From Mycobacterium sp. (GTDB lineage Bacteria > Actinomycetota > Actinomycetes > Mycobacteriales > Mycobacteriaceae): a DNA stretch of 64,000 nucleotides. Numbering within the stretch: the first letter of the stretch is position 1; every line of letters starts with the position of its first letter. The notes under the pieces are model-generated. The model saw only the letters and a program-made list of their open reading frames with translations, was not told where the DNA came from and did not search any database. The stretch is taken from contig JAGQTQ010000024.1 in the NCBI GenBank assembly GCA_020438905.1, positions 19,138 to 83,137 of the forward strand. The letters are read 5' to 3'. A program made the position numbers and the translations under genes. Positions 21,654-34,252 of this stretch are shown here, in pieces.

Positions 21654-22415
21654 TCAACCCGCCGGCGGGAGGTTGGCCTTCAACCGTTCCAAAGCTCCGA
21701 CGCTGAGCCGGGCCAACTCCTCGGCTTCGGCGCGGTCGAGGGCGGCGTCGAAGATCTCGGTCATCCGACGGTTGGTCGCCTCCTCCACCTCGGCATAACG
21801 CTCCCGCTTGTGTGCTCCATCGGCGAATGGTCCGGGCCAGCCGAACATCCGGGTGTAGTCCTCGCCGCCGTGCAGCATATGGGCCTCCACCGGGGTGATC
21901 CCGGAGTTGGCCAGCAGGTTGAAGTGCACGTCACCGCGCAACTCCCGGAGCACGAACATGACCTGCAAGGCCCGCGCCGCGTCGTCGGTGGCCAGGGGCA
22001 TGTTGCGCCACCCGGCGTACATCGGCAGGCCGGCGATCGGCGTCTCGGCGATGATCTTCTCGCCCAGTTGCGCGATGCGGGCCACACCTTCGGCATCGGC
22101 AAGGTACTTGCGGCCGAAATCGCCGACCTGATCCCAGTAGACCTTGGCCGCGCCGGCCGCGCCACGCACCGCCACGCCCTCATCCCACATCGCGCAGACG
22201 AAGCTCGGCTCGAAGATCACGAAGACCGAGGCGACCGTGGTTCCGGTCGCCTCGCCCAGCACGCCGCCGCGGCCGGCCACGTAGCCGGCCAGCGGGTTCT
22301 GGTAGCCCGCGGCGATACTGCCGGTGAAGGTCTCCGGGTGCAGCATGAAGATGCTGATGGCCTCACCCATCGCAGCTCCGGTCTCAGCTACTGCGTTACT
22401 CGTGGCGTGGCTCAA
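21654..22415 (-). CDS. Conserved actinobacterial protein (SCO6745/EvbL-like), function unknown
   Basis: [25 protein letters not shown] motifs; TTG start at 22415 after a GAGGAGAGG RBS (start inferred). Confidence 0.65.
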   Translation of the reverse strand: MSHATSNAVAETGAAMGEAISIFMLHPETFTGSIAAGYQNPLAGYVAGRGGVLGEATGTTVASVFVIFEPSFVCAMWDEGVAVRGAAGAAKVYWDQVGDFGRKYLADAEGVARIAQLGEKIIAETPIAGLPMYAGWRNMPLATDDAARALQVMFVLRELRGDVHFNLLANSGITPVEAHMLHGGEDYTRMFGWPGPFADGAHKRERYAEVEEATNRRMTEIFDAALDRAEAEELARLSVGALERLKANLPPAG

Positions 22416-22471
22416 GGGACCTCTCCTCACCGGCTGGATCGCGCAACCGTTTCGACGGGAATCGGAATCGG

Positions 22472-24022
22472 CTAGATCGGGATCAGGCCGTGTTTGCGCT
22501 GGACGCGCTGAATCTGCTTGCCGCGCAGCAGCCGCATCGAACGGCGCAACAGCAATCGGGTCTGGTGCGGCTCGATGACGGCGTCGATGAAACCGCGCTC
22601 GGCGGCGATGTAGGGGATCGCCATGTTGAGGTTGTAGCCCTCGATGAAGTCCGCACGGATCTTCTGCACCTCGGGAGCGGTGGGATCCGGGAAGCGCTTG
22701 ACCAGCAACTGTGCTGCGCCCTCGGCGCCGATCACGGCGATCCGCGCGGTGGGCCAGGCGAAATTCAGATCGGCGGTGAGCTGCTTGGAGCCCATCACCG
22801 CGTACGCCCCGCCGTAGGACTTGCGGATGGTCAGCGTCACCTTGGGCACGTCGGCCTCCACGACCGCGTAGAGGAAGCGGCCGCCGCGTTTGATGATGCC
22901 GTTCTTCTCCTGTTCCACGCCGGGAAGGAAACCCGGGGTGTCCACGACGAACACCAACGGCACGTTGAAGGAGTCGCAGAACCTCACGAACCGGGCGGCC
23001 TTGTCGGAGGCCTCGTTGTCGATCGCCCCGGACATGTGCATCGGCTGATTGGCGACGATACCGACCGGACGGCCGTCGACCCGGGCGAAGCCGGTGATGA
23101 TCGCCTGGCCCGCCTGCGCGGCGACGTCGAGGAAGTCGCCGTCGTCGAAGATCCGGATCAGGATCTCGTGCATGTCATAGGCCGTGTTGTCGGCGTCGGG
23201 CACGATGCTGTCGAGCTCGAGATCGTGCGGGGTGATCTCCGGCTCCAGGCCGGGGTTGATCACCGGGGCGTCGTCGAAGGTGTTGGGCGGCAGGAACTCC
23301 AGGAAGTCCCGCACGTAGGCGAAGGCCGCCTTCTCCGATTCGACCACCTGGTGGATGTTGCCGTAGCGGGCCTGGTAGTCGGCACCGCCGAGTTCGTCGA
23401 GGCTGACGTCCTCGCCGGTGACGTCCTTGATGACGTCCGGGCCGGTGACGAACATGTAGCCCTGATCGCGCACGGCGACAACCAGATCGGTCTGGATCGG
23501 CGAATACACCGCGCCGCCGGCGCACTTGCCGAGGATGATCGAGATCTGCGGGATCACACCGGAGAGCAGTTCGTGGCGCCGGCCCAGCTCGGCGTACCAG
23601 GCCAGCGATGTCACGGCGTCCTGGATGCGCGCGCCGCCGGAGTCGTTGATCCCGATGATCGGGCAGCCGACCATGGCCACCCACTCCATCAGCTTGGCCA
23701 CCTTGCGGCCGAACATCTCACCGACCGACCCGCCGAAAACCGTCTGATCGTGGGAGAACACCCCGACCGGGCGACCGTTGATGGTGCCGTGCCCGGTGAC
23801 CACGCCGTCGCCGAACAGCGCGTTGGGATCACCGGGGGTGCGGGCCATCGCGCCGATCTCCAGGAAGCTTCCCGGATCGAGCAGTTCATGGACGCGGGCC
23901 CGGGCGCTGGGGACGCCGCGCTTGTCGCGCTTGGCGGCGGCGGCCTCACCGCCGGGCTCCTTGGCCAGTTCGAGTTTCTCGCGCAGTTCGGCCAGCAGTT
24001 CGGCGGTGGTCCTGTTGGTCAC
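22472..24022 (-). CDS. accD4: Acyl-CoA carboxylase carboxyltransferase subunit AccD4
   Basis: [31 protein letters not shown]; GTG start overlaps the pks13 stop. Confidence 0.95.
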   Translation of the reverse strand: MTNRTTAELLAELREKLELAKEPGGEAAAAKRDKRGVPSARARVHELLDPGSFLEIGAMARTPGDPNALFGDGVVTGHGTINGRPVGVFSHDQTVFGGSVGEMFGRKVAKLMEWVAMVGCPIIGINDSGGARIQDAVTSLAWYAELGRRHELLSGVIPQISIILGKCAGGAVYSPIQTDLVVAVRDQGYMFVTGPDVIKDVTGEDVSLDELGGADYQARYGNIHQVVESEKAAFAYVRDFLEFLPPNTFDDAPVINPGLEPEITPHDLELDSIVPDADNTAYDMHEILIRIFDDGDFLDVAAQAGQAIITGFARVDGRPVGIVANQPMHMSGAIDNEASDKAARFVRFCDSFNVPLVFVVDTPGFLPGVEQEKNGIIKRGGRFLYAVVEADVPKVTLTIRKSYGGAYAVMGSKQLTADLNFAWPTARIAVIGAEGAAQLLVKRFPDPTAPEVQKIRADFIEGYNLNMAIPYIAAERGFIDAVIEPHQTRLLLRRSMRLLRGKQIQRVQRKHGLIPI

Positions 24023-27000
24023 TGCTTCTCCTGTACCTGATCCCGTTGGGCCTGATCCCGTTGCGACTGAATCCGGTTGATGGCCTCGCTCATGTGCGCG
24101 CCCACCTTGGCAATGTACGGCTCGTCGATGGCCTGGATGTGCTCGCCCCCGATCGGCACCACCTCGAGGTCGGCGACGAACTCGCCCCAGCCGCCGTCGG
24201 GCCGGCGGATGCCGTATCGCGGCTCGAACATGATCGCGTCGTCGTGGTAGCGATCGGCCATGTAAAGGGTCACGTGCCCGTCGTAGGGCTCGATCTGGGC
24301 GGTGTCGATGGCGCGGTTGTCCAGATACGAGGTGCGCTGATGCTCGATGATGCCGCCCGGGATGTCCACCCCGCTCTCCTTGACCGCGTTGAGGACGAAG
24401 GTCACCTGACCCGCGTCGTCGAGAACCTCGAGTTCCTCGTAGGGAATCGCCGGTATCTCCACGTTGAACGTGCGCTGGGCGAACAGGGCGTAGCGGTCCC
24501 AGCGGGCCCTGATCTCCTCCTTGGTCTGGGGGATCTCCTCCCCGGCGCGCACCGTGTCGATCAGGCCGACGAACGGCACATCGGCGCCGGCCTTCTTCAG
24601 CCCGATCGCACAGGCGTAGGCCAGCACCCCGCCGAGTGACCAACCGGCCAGGATGAACGGGCCGTTGCCGCCCATCTCCATCAGCTTGGGCACGTAGTGC
24701 GCCGCACGCTCGGAGATCGAGCCCTCCACCCGCTCGAACCCGTACATCGGGGTGCCGGCTGGCAGCCGCTTGAGCAGTGGCTCGTAGACGACGGTCGAAC
24801 CGCCGGCCGGGTGGAAGACGAAGACCGGGATCCGGTCGGAACCTTCCGGCCTGGCCCGCAGGGTCCGCACGAAGCCGTCCAGTTCGCCGGACTCGAGGTA
24901 CTCCCGCACGACGGTGGCCAGTTCCTCGATGGTCTTCGCGGAGCTCACCTGCTCGGCGGTGATGGTTCCCTCGGCCCGCTCGGACAGCCGTGCGGCGATC
25001 TTGGCCGCGGTGTCGCCATCGACCTTCGGCAACTCGTTGAAGATGCCGCCCGGGGACTTCCCGGTGACGATCGCCCAGGTCGCGAAGGTCACCCGCTCGG
25101 AGGCCTCGCGCGGCGGGACATCGGTGCCCAGGGCGTCGACGACGGCCTGCTGGGTCAGCGCGCCGGCGGCCGCACCCGCGGCGGACTTGGCCCCGCCCGG
25201 ACCCGCCGGGTCGGTGGGCGGCGGCGGTACGCCCGGTCCCGACGGATCGGTCGGCGGGGGCGGGATGTCCGGGCCGGCCGGGTTGGCGGGCGGCGCCGGG
25301 ATGTGCGCCTCCGGATGCTTCTCGGAGAGCTTCTCGGCCAGTGCCTCCGGGATCTCCCCGGCGGCCAGCTTGGCCTGCTCGGCGGCGATCTCCTCGGCCG
25401 TCATCCCCTTCTGGTGCTCGGCGAGTTCGGCCACCTGGTCGCGGTTCTCGATCGCGTAGACGATCAGCTGCTCAACGGCGTAGAGATTGGCGTCACGCAC
25501 CGCGGTCAGCTGGATCGGCGGCAGGTCGAAGTCGTACTCCACCCGGTTCTTGATCCGCACCGCCATCAGCGAGTCCAGGCCGAGCTCGATCAGCGGCACC
25601 TCCCACGGGAGGTCTTCGGGCTCATAGCCCATCGCACTGCCGACGATCAGTCCGAGCCGGTCGTGCACGGTCTCCCCGGAATCCGGCGACCACTTGCCCA
25701 AGCTGGCCGCGACACCCGCCCCGGCGGCGAGGTTGTCGTGCAGGATCTCCGCGTCGTCGGCGGCTTCGGGCTCCGGTTGGCCCGGAACCTGCTGCACCGA
25801 ACCCTGTTGGGCCACAGCCACTCCGGTCGCGAGCGCCGCCGGCAGCGCGGACTGCGTCCCGCCGCGGCTGACGATCGCGTCGTAGACCAGCGTGAAGGAC
25901 TCGTCGATGCGGGCGTGCACCTGAACCGAAGCCCCGCCGGGATGCCGGGTCAGCGTGGTGACCAGCCGCGCGCCCTCGCCGGGCACCGCGCGCTGCTCGG
26001 AGGCGGTCAGCGTCGCATCCGGAAGAACCTGCACCGCAGCGGCTTTGACCAGCGCCGCCAGATCGGTGGTGCCGTCCCCGGCGTATTCCCAGACGTGCCG
26101 CCCGTCCGGCGTCGCGACGTGGGTGCCGGGGATGAGCGCCGATCCGTCGGCGGAGAAGTGCGCGTTGAGCCAGTGCTCCTTGCGCTTGAACCGGGTCGGC
26201 GGGATCTGGGCGTACTCGCCACGACTGAACAGGGTGCGGAAGTCCAGATCGTGGCCGTGGACGTAGAGCTGGGCCATCGCGGCCAGCATCGAGTCGACTT
26301 CGTCCTGCTTGCGGGCCAGGGTCGGGATCAGCTGCCCGTCGTGCAGGCCGGCTGCCGCGGTGGTCAACCCGACCTGCATGAGCGCCACCGGGTTGGGCGC
26401 CAGTTCCAGGAAGGTGGTGTGGCCGTTGTCCACCGCGTTGCGGATGCCCTGGGTGAAGTAGACGCTGTGGCGCAGTCCCTTTCGCCAGTAGTCGACGTCG
26501 TGGATGGCCTCGCCGGGGCGGATGTAACCGCCTTCGTGGACCGTGGAGAAATAGCCGATCTTGAGCGGGAGCGCCGTGATGCCCTGCAGTTCGGCGGCGA
26601 GCTCGCCCAGCAACGGGTCCATCTGGGTGGTGTGACTGGCACCCTTGGTCTGGAACTTGCGGGCGAACTTGCCCTCCTGTTCGCAGCGCTCGATGATCGC
26701 GTCGACCTGGGCGGGCGGTCCGCCGATCACCGTCTGGGTGGGGGCGGCGTAGACGCAGACCTCCAGGTCCGGGAAATCGGAGAACACGGCCGTGATCTCC
26801 TCGGCCGAGTACTCGACCAACGCCATCAACCGGATGTACTCGCCGAACAGCATGGCCTCGCCCTCGCCCATCAGATGCGAACGCGCGCAGATGGTTCGGG
26901 TGGCGTCGGCCAGGGACAGGCCGCCGGCGAAGTAGGCCGCAGCCGCCTCGCCCAACGACTGCCCCACCACCGCGGCGGGCTTCGCACCGTGGTGACGCAG

Positions 27001-29448
27001 CAGTTCGCCGAGGCCGATCTGGATGGCGAAGATGACCAGCTGAACGACTTCGATCGGATACTGGCAGGTCTCGTCGGTGTAGTCGACCGAGTCGTCGAGG
27101 ATCAATTCAAGGATCGAGTAGCCGCGCTCGTCCTGAATCAGGGCGTCGACCTTGTTGATCCACTCGGCGAAGACGTCGTCGCGCAGGTACAGGCTCTTGC
27201 CCATCTTGCGGTGCTGCGCCCCGAAGCCGGCCAGCACCCAGACCGGACCATTGGTCACCGGACCGTCCGCGCTGTAGACCAGCGGGCTCTGCTTGCCTTC
27301 GGCGAGGGTCCGCAGGCCCTTGACGGCCTCGTCGTGATCGTGAGCCATGACCACCGCGCGGGAACGGCCGTGGTTGCGCCGCGACAGCGCGCGGCCGATG
27401 GACTCCAGCGAGGACGCCCGGCCTTCCGGACTGTCGATCCAGTCCGCCAGTTCCGCAGCCGCCGCCCGCTTGCGCGAGGTCAGGAAACCCGAGACGGCCA
27501 GCGGCACAACGGGAATGTGCGGCTCGGCCGCCTGGGCCGCGGCCAACTCCTCGCGCGCGACCTCCAGCAGCCGAAGCGCCTCGTCGGTCAGTCCGGGCAG
27601 TTCGGGTTCCTCGTCGGAGACGTCGATCGCCCCACCGCCGTAACCGTCACCGCCATAACCGTCACCGCCGCCATCTTCGTCATCGTCGATGAACTCGCCG
27701 TACTCGTCCATCCGCACGCCACCGACGTAAACCGCGTCGGCCTCCGTCAGGGGCGAGTCGGCCGATTCCGGTTCCAGCTCGGGTTCGGGCTCGAGAAGAT
27801 CCTCCGGGAGCACCTCGCGGAGCACCAGGTGCGCGTTGGCTCCGCCGAAGCCGAATCCGGAGACCCCGGCGATCGCATGCCCGCTGTAACGCGGCCATTC
27901 GGTGACGGTGTCGGCAACCTTGAGGTGCACCCCGTCGAAGTCGATGTAGGGGTTGGGCCCGGCGTAGTTGATCGACGGCGGAATGACGTTGTTGCGCAAC
28001 GACAGGGCGACCTTGGCCAAACTCGCCGCACCCGCCGCCGACTCCAGGTGGCCCAGGTTGGACTTCACCGCTCCGAGCAGTGCCGGTGCGTCTGCGGCCC
28101 GGCCTCGGCCCACCACCCGGCCCAGCGCGTCGGCCTCGATCGGGTCCCCGAGGATGGTTCCGGTGCCGTGCGCCTCGATGTAGTCGACGGTGCGCGGATT
28201 GATGCCGGCGTCGCGGTAGGCCCGGCGCAGCACGTCGGCCTGGGCGTCGGGGTTGGGCGCCAGAAGTCCGTTGGACCGGCCGTCGTGGTTGACCGCACTG
28301 CCGGCGATCACGGCCAGGATGTCGTCGCCGTCGCGGCGGGCGTCGGACAGGCGCTTGAGCACCAGCATCCCGCCGCCCTCGGACCGTGCGTATCCGTCGG
28401 CGTCGGCCGAGAACGACTTGATCCGGCCGTCGGGTGCGAGCACCCCGCCGACCTCGTCGAACCCCAGTGTCACCGCGGGGGTGACCAGGGCATTGACGCC
28501 GCCGGCCAGCACCACGTCGGCCTCGCCGGCCCGCAGCGCCTGCACGCCGGAGTGCACCGCGACCAACGAGGATGAGCACGCGGTGTCCACCGCGACCGAG
28601 GGTCCGCGGAAGTCGTAGAAATAGGAGACCCGGTTGGCGATGATCGAACTGGCGGTCCCGGTGATCGCATAGGGATGCGCGGTGCGCGGGTCCATCATCG
28701 CCAGGTAGCTGTAGTCGTTGGTGGAACTGCCGACGAACACACCGACACTGGTCCCGCGCAAGCTCGAGGCCGGGATGCGGGCGTTCTCCAGCGCCTCCCA
28801 GGTGAGCTCGAGCGCCATCCGCTGTTGCGGGTCGATGTTGTCGGCCTCCATCTTCGACAGTGCGAAGAACTCGGCGTCGAACCCCTTGATATCGGAGAGG
28901 TAGCCCCCTCGGGTGCGGGCCTTGGCGATCCGCTCGGCCAGCCGCGGCTCGTCCATGAACTCCGCCCAGCGGCCCTCGGGCAGATCGGTGATGGCGTCGC
29001 GGCCGTCCAGCAGCGCCTGCCACATCTGATCGGGGGTGTTCATATCGCCGGGGAACCGGGTGGCCAGGCCGACGATGGCGATGTCCTCGACATCGCGGGC
29101 ACGAGTCCAGTCCTCGCCGTCCTCGGCGAACTCCGGCTCCGGCTCGCCTTCGACGATCACCGTCGCCAACGCCTCGATGGTCGGGTGGCGGAAGGCCACC
29201 GTCGCGGTCAGGGTGACCCCGGTCATGTCCTCGATGTCGCTGGCCATGGCCACCGCATCGCGTGAGGACAGCCCGAGTTCGACCATCGGGACGGACTCGT
29301 CGACCGCGTCGGGCGACTGCCCGGTGGCGTTGGCCACCCAGTTGCGCAGCCATTCCCGCATCTCGGTGACCGACATCTCGGTCCGGGGGGCGGTCAGCTC
29401 CTTTTCGGGAGCGATGACAAATTCGTCAGGGTTTTCCGATTCAGGCAT
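24019..29448 (-). CDS. pks13: Mycolate condensase Pks13 (ACP-KS-AT-ACP-TE)
   Basis: [44 protein letters not shown] thioesterase; flanked by fadD32 and accD4. Confidence 0.97.
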   Translation of the reverse strand: MPESENPDEFVIAPEKELTAPRTEMSVTEMREWLRNWVANATGQSPDAVDESVPMVELGLSSRDAVAMASDIEDMTGVTLTATVAFRHPTIEALATVIVEGEPEPEFAEDGEDWTRARDVEDIAIVGLATRFPGDMNTPDQMWQALLDGRDAITDLPEGRWAEFMDEPRLAERIAKARTRGGYLSDIKGFDAEFFALSKMEADNIDPQQRMALELTWEALENARIPASSLRGTSVGVFVGSSTNDYSYLAMMDPRTAHPYAITGTASSIIANRVSYFYDFRGPSVAVDTACSSSLVAVHSGVQALRAGEADVVLAGGVNALVTPAVTLGFDEVGGVLAPDGRIKSFSADADGYARSEGGGMLVLKRLSDARRDGDDILAVIAGSAVNHDGRSNGLLAPNPDAQADVLRRAYRDAGINPRTVDYIEAHGTGTILGDPIEADALGRVVGRGRAADAPALLGAVKSNLGHLESAAGAASLAKVALSLRNNVIPPSINYAGPNPYIDFDGVHLKVADTVTEWPRYSGHAIAGVSGFGFGGANAHLVLREVLPEDLLEPEPELEPESADSPLTEADAVYVGGVRMDEYGEFIDDDEDGGGDGYGGDGYGGGAIDVSDEEPELPGLTDEALRLLEVAREELAAAQAAEPHIPVVPLAVSGFLTSRKRAAAAELADWIDSPEGRASSLESIGRALSRRNHGRSRAVVMAHDHDEAVKGLRTLAEGKQSPLVYSADGPVTNGPVWVLAGFGAQHRKMGKSLYLRDDVFAEWINKVDALIQDERGYSILELILDDSVDYTDETCQYPIEVVQLVIFAIQIGLGELLRHHGAKPAAVVGQSLGEAAAAYFAGGLSLADATRTICARSHLMGEGEAMLFGEYIRLMALVEYSAEEITAVFSDFPDLEVCVYAAPTQTVIGGPPAQVDAIIERCEQEGKFARKFQTKGASHTTQMDPLLGELAAELQGITALPLKIGYFSTVHEGGYIRPGEAIHDVDYWRKGLRHSVYFTQGIRNAVDNGHTTFLELAPNPVALMQVGLTTAAAGLHDGQLIPTLARKQDEVDSMLAAMAQLYVHGHDLDFRTLFSRGEYAQIPPTRFKRKEHWLNAHFSADGSALIPGTHVATPDGRHVWEYAGDGTTDLAALVKAAAVQVLPDATLTASEQRAVPGEGARLVTTLTRHPGGASVQVHARIDESFTLVYDAIVSRGGTQSALPAALATGVAVAQQGSVQQVPGQPEPEAADDAEILHDNLAAGAGVAASLGKWSPDSGETVHDRLGLIVGSAMGYEPEDLPWEVPLIELGLDSLMAVRIKNRVEYDFDLPPIQLTAVRDANLYAVEQLIVYAIENRDQVAELAEHQKGMTAEEIAAEQAKLAAGEIPEALAEKLSEKHPEAHIPAPPANPAGPDIPPPPTDPSGPGVPPPPTDPAGPGGAKSAAGAAAGALTQQAVVDALGTDVPPREASERVTFATWAIVTGKSPGGIFNELPKVDGDTAAKIAARLSERAEGTITAEQVSSAKTIEELATVVREYLESGELDGFVRTLRARPEGSDRIPVFVFHPAGGSTVVYEPLLKRLPAGTPMYGFERVEGSISERAAHYVPKLMEMGGNGPFILAGWSLGGVLAYACAIGLKKAGADVPFVGLIDTVRAGEEIPQTKEEIRARWDRYALFAQRTFNVEIPAIPYEELEVLDDAGQVTFVLNAVKESGVDIPGGIIEHQRTSYLDNRAIDTAQIEPYDGHVTLYMADRYHDDAIMFEPRYGIRRPDGGWGEFVADLEVVPIGGEHIQAIDEPYIAKVGAHMSEAINRIQSQRDQAQRDQVQEKQ

Positions 29449-29454
29449 AAGTCC

Positions 29455-31347
29455 TTATTCCGACTCGTCCGGGAAGGCGTTGGCCACCTTCCCGGAGCGC
29501 AGGCTGCCGTCCAGGTAGGCCGAGCGGCAGGCGCTGCGGCCGATCTTGCCGCTGGAAGTGCGCGGGATCGCGCCGGCCGGGGTGAGCAGTACGTCGCGAA
29601 CGGTCACACCGTGCCGCACCGCGACGGCGGCGCGGATGGCGTCGGCGACCTGCCCGATCTCCAGCTTGTGGGCTCCGGCGGCCCGCTCTGCGACGATGAC
29701 CAACTGCTCGGAGGTGTCGCTCGGATCGCGCTTGAGCCCGGCGTGCGCGTCGGCGAACACCTCGTCGGGCAGCTGGTTGGCCGGTACCGAGAAGGCCGCG
29801 GCGAATCCGGTGCGCACCGCCTTGCTGGCCTCCTGCGCGGAGTGCTCCAGATCCTGCGGGTAATGGTTGCGGCCGTCGATGATCACCAGATCCTTGGTAC
29901 GGCCGGTGATGTAGAGCTCACCGTCGTAGAAGGTGCCGAGATCGCCGGTGCGCACCCAGGTGGCATCCTCGGCCGCGCCCTCGGCGTGCGATGGACTGGT
30001 CCGCGACTTGAGGGTGTTCTGGAATGTCTCGACGGTCTTCTCGGGCTTGTTCCAGTAGCCGGTGCCCATGTTGTTACCGCTGATCCAGATCTCGCCGATC
30101 TGCCCATCGGGCAATTCGCCGGCGCTCTCGGGCTCGACGATCGCCGCCCACTCCCCCACACCGACCCTGCCGGCGCCGGCCTGCGCGACGGCCTTCGGCG
30201 AATCGTCGGGCACCGGCACGAACCGGTTGGCGTTGAGTTCGTCGCGGTCGACGGAGATGATCGTCGGCTCCTCCGACGAGGGCGTGGTCGACACGAACAG
30301 GGTCGCCTCGGCCAGCCCGTAGGAGGGCTTGATCGCCTTGCGCGGGAACCCGAACGGGCCGAAGGCCGCGTTGAACCGCTCCACGGTCGCCGCCGAGATC
30401 GGCTCGCTGCCGTTGAGGACGGCCTTGACGTTGGACAGGTCCAGGGGCTCCTCGCCCTCCCTGGGCAGCCCTCGCGCGGCGGCATGGTCGAACGCGAAGT
30501 TCGGGGCCACCGAGATGGTTCCGCCGGTGTCACCGGGCTGCCGGGCGATCTCGCGCATCCAGCGGATGGGCCGGCGGACGAACGCCGCCGGGGTCATGAA
30601 GGTGAAGTAGTGCCCGATCAGCGACGGCAACAGCGCGGTGACCAGACCCATGTCGTGGAAGAAGGGCAGCCAGGAGACGCCCCGGTCACCTTCCTCGCCC
30701 TCGAGGGCTTCGATCACCTGCACCACGTTGGTGGCCAGATTCATCTGGGTGATCTGCACACCGGTCGGGACGCGGGTCGACCCGGAGGTGTACTGCAGGT
30801 AGGCGATGGTGTCCTCGTTGACTGCGTCGACGAGTTCCCAGGTGGCCCCGACCTCGTCGGGGATCGCATCGACGGCGATGACGCGCGGGCGCTCCTTGGC
30901 CGGGCGGGTGCGGAAGAACTTGCGAACGCCCTCGGCCGCCGCGGTCGTGGTCAGGATGGCCGAGGGCGCGCAGTCGTCGAGCACCGCGTGCAGGCGACCG
31001 ACGTGTCCCGGTTCGGAGGGGTCGAACAGCGGCACCGCGATCCGCCCGGAGTACAGCGTGCCGAAGAAGGCCACGAGGTACTCCAGGTTCTGCGGGCACA
31101 GGATCGCCACCCGGTCACCCGGCTGGGTCACCTGCTGCAGCCGGGCACCCAGGGCGCGGTTACGCTTGCCGAAGTCGGCCCAGGTCAGTTCGCGTGCGAT
31201 CCCGTCGCGCTCGGTGGAGAAGTCCAGGAACCGGTAGGCGGGCTTGTCACCGCGCACCTTGGCCCACCGCTCGACGTGCTTCACCAGGCTGGCGCCCTCG
31301 GGGAAGGTGATACGGCCGTCCTTGATGAACGGGTTATGGAACGGCAT
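29455..31347 (-). CDS. fadD32: Fatty acyl-AMP ligase FadD32
   Basis: [11 protein letters not shown] start, [28 protein letters not shown]; RBS CAGGAG upstream. Confidence 0.96.
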   Translation of the reverse strand: MPFHNPFIKDGRITFPEGASLVKHVERWAKVRGDKPAYRFLDFSTERDGIARELTWADFGKRNRALGARLQQVTQPGDRVAILCPQNLEYLVAFFGTLYSGRIAVPLFDPSEPGHVGRLHAVLDDCAPSAILTTTAAAEGVRKFFRTRPAKERPRVIAVDAIPDEVGATWELVDAVNEDTIAYLQYTSGSTRVPTGVQITQMNLATNVVQVIEALEGEEGDRGVSWLPFFHDMGLVTALLPSLIGHYFTFMTPAAFVRRPIRWMREIARQPGDTGGTISVAPNFAFDHAAARGLPREGEEPLDLSNVKAVLNGSEPISAATVERFNAAFGPFGFPRKAIKPSYGLAEATLFVSTTPSSEEPTIISVDRDELNANRFVPVPDDSPKAVAQAGAGRVGVGEWAAIVEPESAGELPDGQIGEIWISGNNMGTGYWNKPEKTVETFQNTLKSRTSPSHAEGAAEDATWVRTGDLGTFYDGELYITGRTKDLVIIDGRNHYPQDLEHSAQEASKAVRTGFAAAFSVPANQLPDEVFADAHAGLKRDPSDTSEQLVIVAERAAGAHKLEIGQVADAIRAAVAVRHGVTVRDVLLTPAGAIPRTSSGKIGRSACRSAYLDGSLRSGKVANAFPDESE

Positions 31348-31514
31348 ACCACTTCTCCTGTCGACAACGCGGCCGTGGGGGGCCATCGGTCCGCCGCAGA
31401 CGACCCGAGACCCACCGATCGTACAGAGGACCTGCTGGTCGTAATCGTGTCTGTGGCGCGGGCGAACCGCCTCAATTAGACCCGATGCCTTGTCTCCGAA
31501 CCCTACACCGTGTC

Positions 31515-31531
31515 CTTAATTTTCTCTTAAT
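31515..31531. promoter_or_regulatory. Direct repeat CTTAAT-N5-CTTAAT upstream of fadD32 (possible regulator site)
   Basis: AT-rich 11-bp-period repeat in a GC-rich intergenic region. Confidence 0.4.
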
Positions 31532-31584
31532 GTTAGGTCCCGCGGCGCGGCTTGGCCAAATTCCGGCGCCCCCCGCGGACCATT

Positions 31585-32613
31585 TCAGCCGTGCGGTGGG
31601 TGCGGTGCGCTCTCGATGAGTCCGCGAGCCCAGTTCAGCGTCCAAGACGTGGCGGTTTGCCCGTCGATGTTCCAGAACTCCGGCGTGGCGTACATCGCGT
31701 GCACCGGCTGCCCGGCCCCCGCGGTCAGCACGTCGAGGGTCTTGGGCAGGTTGGCGATGTTGAAGGCCGACTGCGGCGCCGCGCAGATCAGGTCTCCGGG
31801 CGCGCAAATCTGGTTGACCCGGTTGTTCAGCGCACCGAAACCCCCCGGCCGTTCCCCACTCATCGTCAATCCGAGGGCCGACAGCGTCGGGATCTCCTTG
31901 AGGGTGATCTCCGCGCCCTGCCCGGGCGGATTGGGCCCGACCTCCTGGCCCACACCGGGCTGGCGGCGACCGTCGGCGATCAGGGTGACGCCCAGCACCA
32001 GGTCCTCGTCCACCGGCCCTCGCCCGTTGCCGATGTCGCTGGCCAGATCACCGGCGATCACCGCGCCCTGGGAGAACCCGACCAGCACATAGCTGGTCAA
32101 CGGGCAGCGGCTGTTCATCTCGGCCATCGCCCGCGCCGCAACCCCGCTGCCCTCGGCCCGGCTGTCGTTGTAGGACATCTGCTTATCGGCCGAGAGCGGA
32201 TTGTGGAACTGGGCGGTGTAGGGCACGGTGTAGACCTCGACCCGCTCCCGGCCGAACTCCCCTTGGATCGCCCGCGTCACATTGAGCAGCAGGGCTATGG
32301 GGAACTGGCCGGGGTTGTACGGGTCGTCGGTCGGCGAGGATTCCCAGGTGCCGGGTATGGCGATCATCTCGACGTCAGGACAGCTGGCGTCCTGGAAGGC
32401 CGGCCGCGGCTTCTTCACCGGGGCACTGGTGGGCGGCAGCGCCGTAGGCGGGATTGCGGTGGTCGACGGCTCCGGCCGACGCACCATGATGACGATGATC
32501 GCGACCACCAGGGCGACCACCACCGCGACCGCCCCGGCGGCGACCAACGCCAGAATGCGGTGTCGTCGGCGACGGTCGCTCGTCCGGCTTTTCGGTCGTG
32601 AGCGTTGTGACAT
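31585..32613 (-). CDS. Cutinase-like phospholipase/thioesterase (Rv3802c/Culp6)
   Basis: N-terminal TM, CPDV, IPGTWES, GFSQG nucleophile elbow, CAPGDLIC; upstream of fadD32. Confidence 0.92.
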   Translation of the reverse strand: MSQRSRPKSRTSDRRRRHRILALVAAGAVAVVVALVVAIIVIMVRRPEPSTTAIPPTALPPTSAPVKKPRPAFQDASCPDVEMIAIPGTWESSPTDDPYNPGQFPIALLLNVTRAIQGEFGRERVEVYTVPYTAQFHNPLSADKQMSYNDSRAEGSGVAARAMAEMNSRCPLTSYVLVGFSQGAVIAGDLASDIGNGRGPVDEDLVLGVTLIADGRRQPGVGQEVGPNPPGQGAEITLKEIPTLSALGLTMSGERPGGFGALNNRVNQICAPGDLICAAPQSAFNIANLPKTLDVLTAGAGQPVHAMYATPEFWNIDGQTATSWTLNWARGLIESAPHPPHG

Positions 32614-32616
32614 CGG

Positions 32617-32673
32617 TCAGCAGCATCCCATGTATCGGCAGCGTCCCATGTATCGGCAGCGTCCCATGTATCA
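32617..32673 (-). repeat. About three copies of an 18-bp tandem repeat encoding the mini-ORF MGRCRYMGRCRYMGCC
   Basis: cagcgtcccatgtatcgg-like units on the + strand; minus-strand ATG 32667 to TGA 32617. Confidence 0.8.
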
Positions 32674-33228
32674 GCAGAGACGCTGGGTGGCGATGCGGAT
32701 GTAGCGGCCGACCACGGCGTCGGAGTCCGGGTCGGCGGACGGCCGTGGCGAGGTCGCGTGAGCGTTGGCGACATCGCTGCGCACCATCGGCGCCACCAGA
32801 TCCCAGACCGCCTGCTCGCTCTGGCCGGCAGCTTTCGCCTGGCAGACGTAGGAACCGATGCTCAAGGCGCGCAGATCGCTGGAGGGACGCACGTCCTCAG
32901 CCCAGAGCGCATCGAGGTACTCCCGTTGCGCGGGGGTCAGCGCTACCGTCCCCGCGTGCGGGTCGACATCCGGGGCGCCGAGGTCGACTCCCTCGGCGTA
33001 GCCCGAGGTCTGATGCGACGGCAGCGCCACCGAACTGATCAGGTCCCCCGCCGAGCCACACCCCGCCAGCAGCCAGGCCGCCGGCAGAAAACCGGCCAGC
33101 AACACCCGTCCCGCCGGCGCGCCGAGGCGCCGAGTTCCCCCGCGAGGGGGTTTGCTGGGTGATCCGGAGTACGGACGTTGCACAACGACCACAGTACCGG
33201 CTCCGCGCAAACGCTCAGACCACCGCAC
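32671..33228 (-). CDS. DUF732-like putative lipoprotein (start uncertain, probably downstream of 33228)
   Basis: LLAGC lipobox, QREYLDAL, ALSIGSYVCQA, C-terminal LC. Confidence 0.7.
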   Translation of the reverse strand: MRWSERLRGAGTVVVVQRPYSGSPSKPPRGGTRRLGAPAGRVLLAGFLPAAWLLAGCGSAGDLISSVALPSHQTSGYAEGVDLGAPDVDPHAGTVALTPAQREYLDALWAEDVRPSSDLRALSIGSYVCQAKAAGQSEQAVWDLVAPMVRSDVANAHATSPRPSADPDSDAVVGRYIRIATQRLC

Positions 33229-33276
33229 GATTGCAGATGGCTAACGGATCCAGCCGGTCGGACCGCTTGGAGATGT

Positions 33277-34167
33277 TCAGCCGATCGCGGCCGTGATGTC
33301 GCCGGCCATTGCACCGAGCTGACCAGCCCAGTTGCCCCAGTCGTGGTTGCCGCCCACCGGGAAGTCGAAATGGCCGTTGCGACCGCCGCTGGACCGGTAG
33401 TGCGCGTAGAAGGTGCGGTTGCTGCCCTGCGCCTCGGCGCACGCGCCGATCATCGCGGCCGGATCGCTGCAGGTGACGGTTTGCGGGCTGAACACCCACA
33501 TCCGGGTGTTGTTGTCGATCAGCAACTGGATGTGGACGTTGGGGTCGTGCCACTTCCAGCGGCCCAGCTGGGGCGCACCCCACATGGCGTCGATGTTGGC
33601 CCCGCTGGCGTTGATGCCGTTGGAGATGAGCCCGTTCATCTGCGTGTTGGACGGGGTCAGGAAGCCCGACAGCGAGCCGGCGTAGCTGTAGCGGTCGGGG
33701 CGGAACGCCGCCATCGCCATGGCCGCATAGCCGCCCTGCGCGGCGCCGACGATCGCATGCCGGTTCGGCGTCAGCCCCTTGTTGGCCGCCAGCCAGTTCG
33801 GCAATTCGTCGCCTAGGAAGGTCTCCCATTGCTTGCTGCCGTCCCGTTCCCAGTTGGTGTACATGCTGTAGGCGCCACCGGCCGGGGCAGCGACCGCCAG
33901 GCCGCTGCCGGCCAGGCTGCTCATCGCGTTGCCGACCGTCACCCAGTTGCTGACCTCGGGGGCGGCGTTGAACGCGTCGAGCAGCACCACGGCGTGGGGG
34001 CCACCGGCCTGGAACGCGACCGGGATGTCACGCCCCATCGCGGCCGAGGGCACCATCAGGTACTCGACCCCGGCGGCGGAGGCACTCGGTGCGGCCACAC
34101 CCCAGACGCCGAGCGCCAGGACCGCCGCGCCGAGGACGCGGAACAGTTTCGTCAGACCCACAGACAT
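33277..34167 (-). CDS. fbpD: MPT51/FbpD, non-catalytic antigen-85 paralog
   Basis: Signal peptide, EYLMVPSAAMGRDI, LLDAFNA; GAAQGG in place of the catalytic GLSM motif. Confidence 0.93.
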   Translation of the reverse strand: MSVGLTKLFRVLGAAVLALGVWGVAAPSASAAGVEYLMVPSAAMGRDIPVAFQAGGPHAVVLLDAFNAAPEVSNWVTVGNAMSSLAGSGLAVAAPAGGAYSMYTNWERDGSKQWETFLGDELPNWLAANKGLTPNRHAIVGAAQGGYAAMAMAAFRPDRYSYAGSLSGFLTPSNTQMNGLISNGINASGANIDAMWGAPQLGRWKWHDPNVHIQLLIDNNTRMWVFSPQTVTCSDPAAMIGACAEAQGSNRTFYAHYRSSGGRNGHFDFPVGGNHDWGNWAGQLGAMAGDITAAIG

Positions 34168-34252
34168 CTCACTCCCGCCTCACCACCGTCACCTGTAGGG
34201 GATTGCCTGCAGGTGTAGCGCCCGCGAGCCTTCGCAACCCCGGGAGCCGTCG

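Noticed and set aside
22472-24643. 723-aa version of AccD4
   Set aside because: The N-terminal extension lies inside pks13; GTG 24022 overlapping the pks13 stop gives the expected size
24697-28575. 1292-aa + strand ORF antisense to pks13 (likewise 14256-17390, 3501-5780, 55849-57648)
   Set aside because: Shadow ORFs from GC-rich codon bias; they overlap well-supported genes and have no motifs
32617-32673. Possible mini-CRISPR or IS end
   Set aside because: Head-to-tail units with no spacers and no terminal inverted repeats
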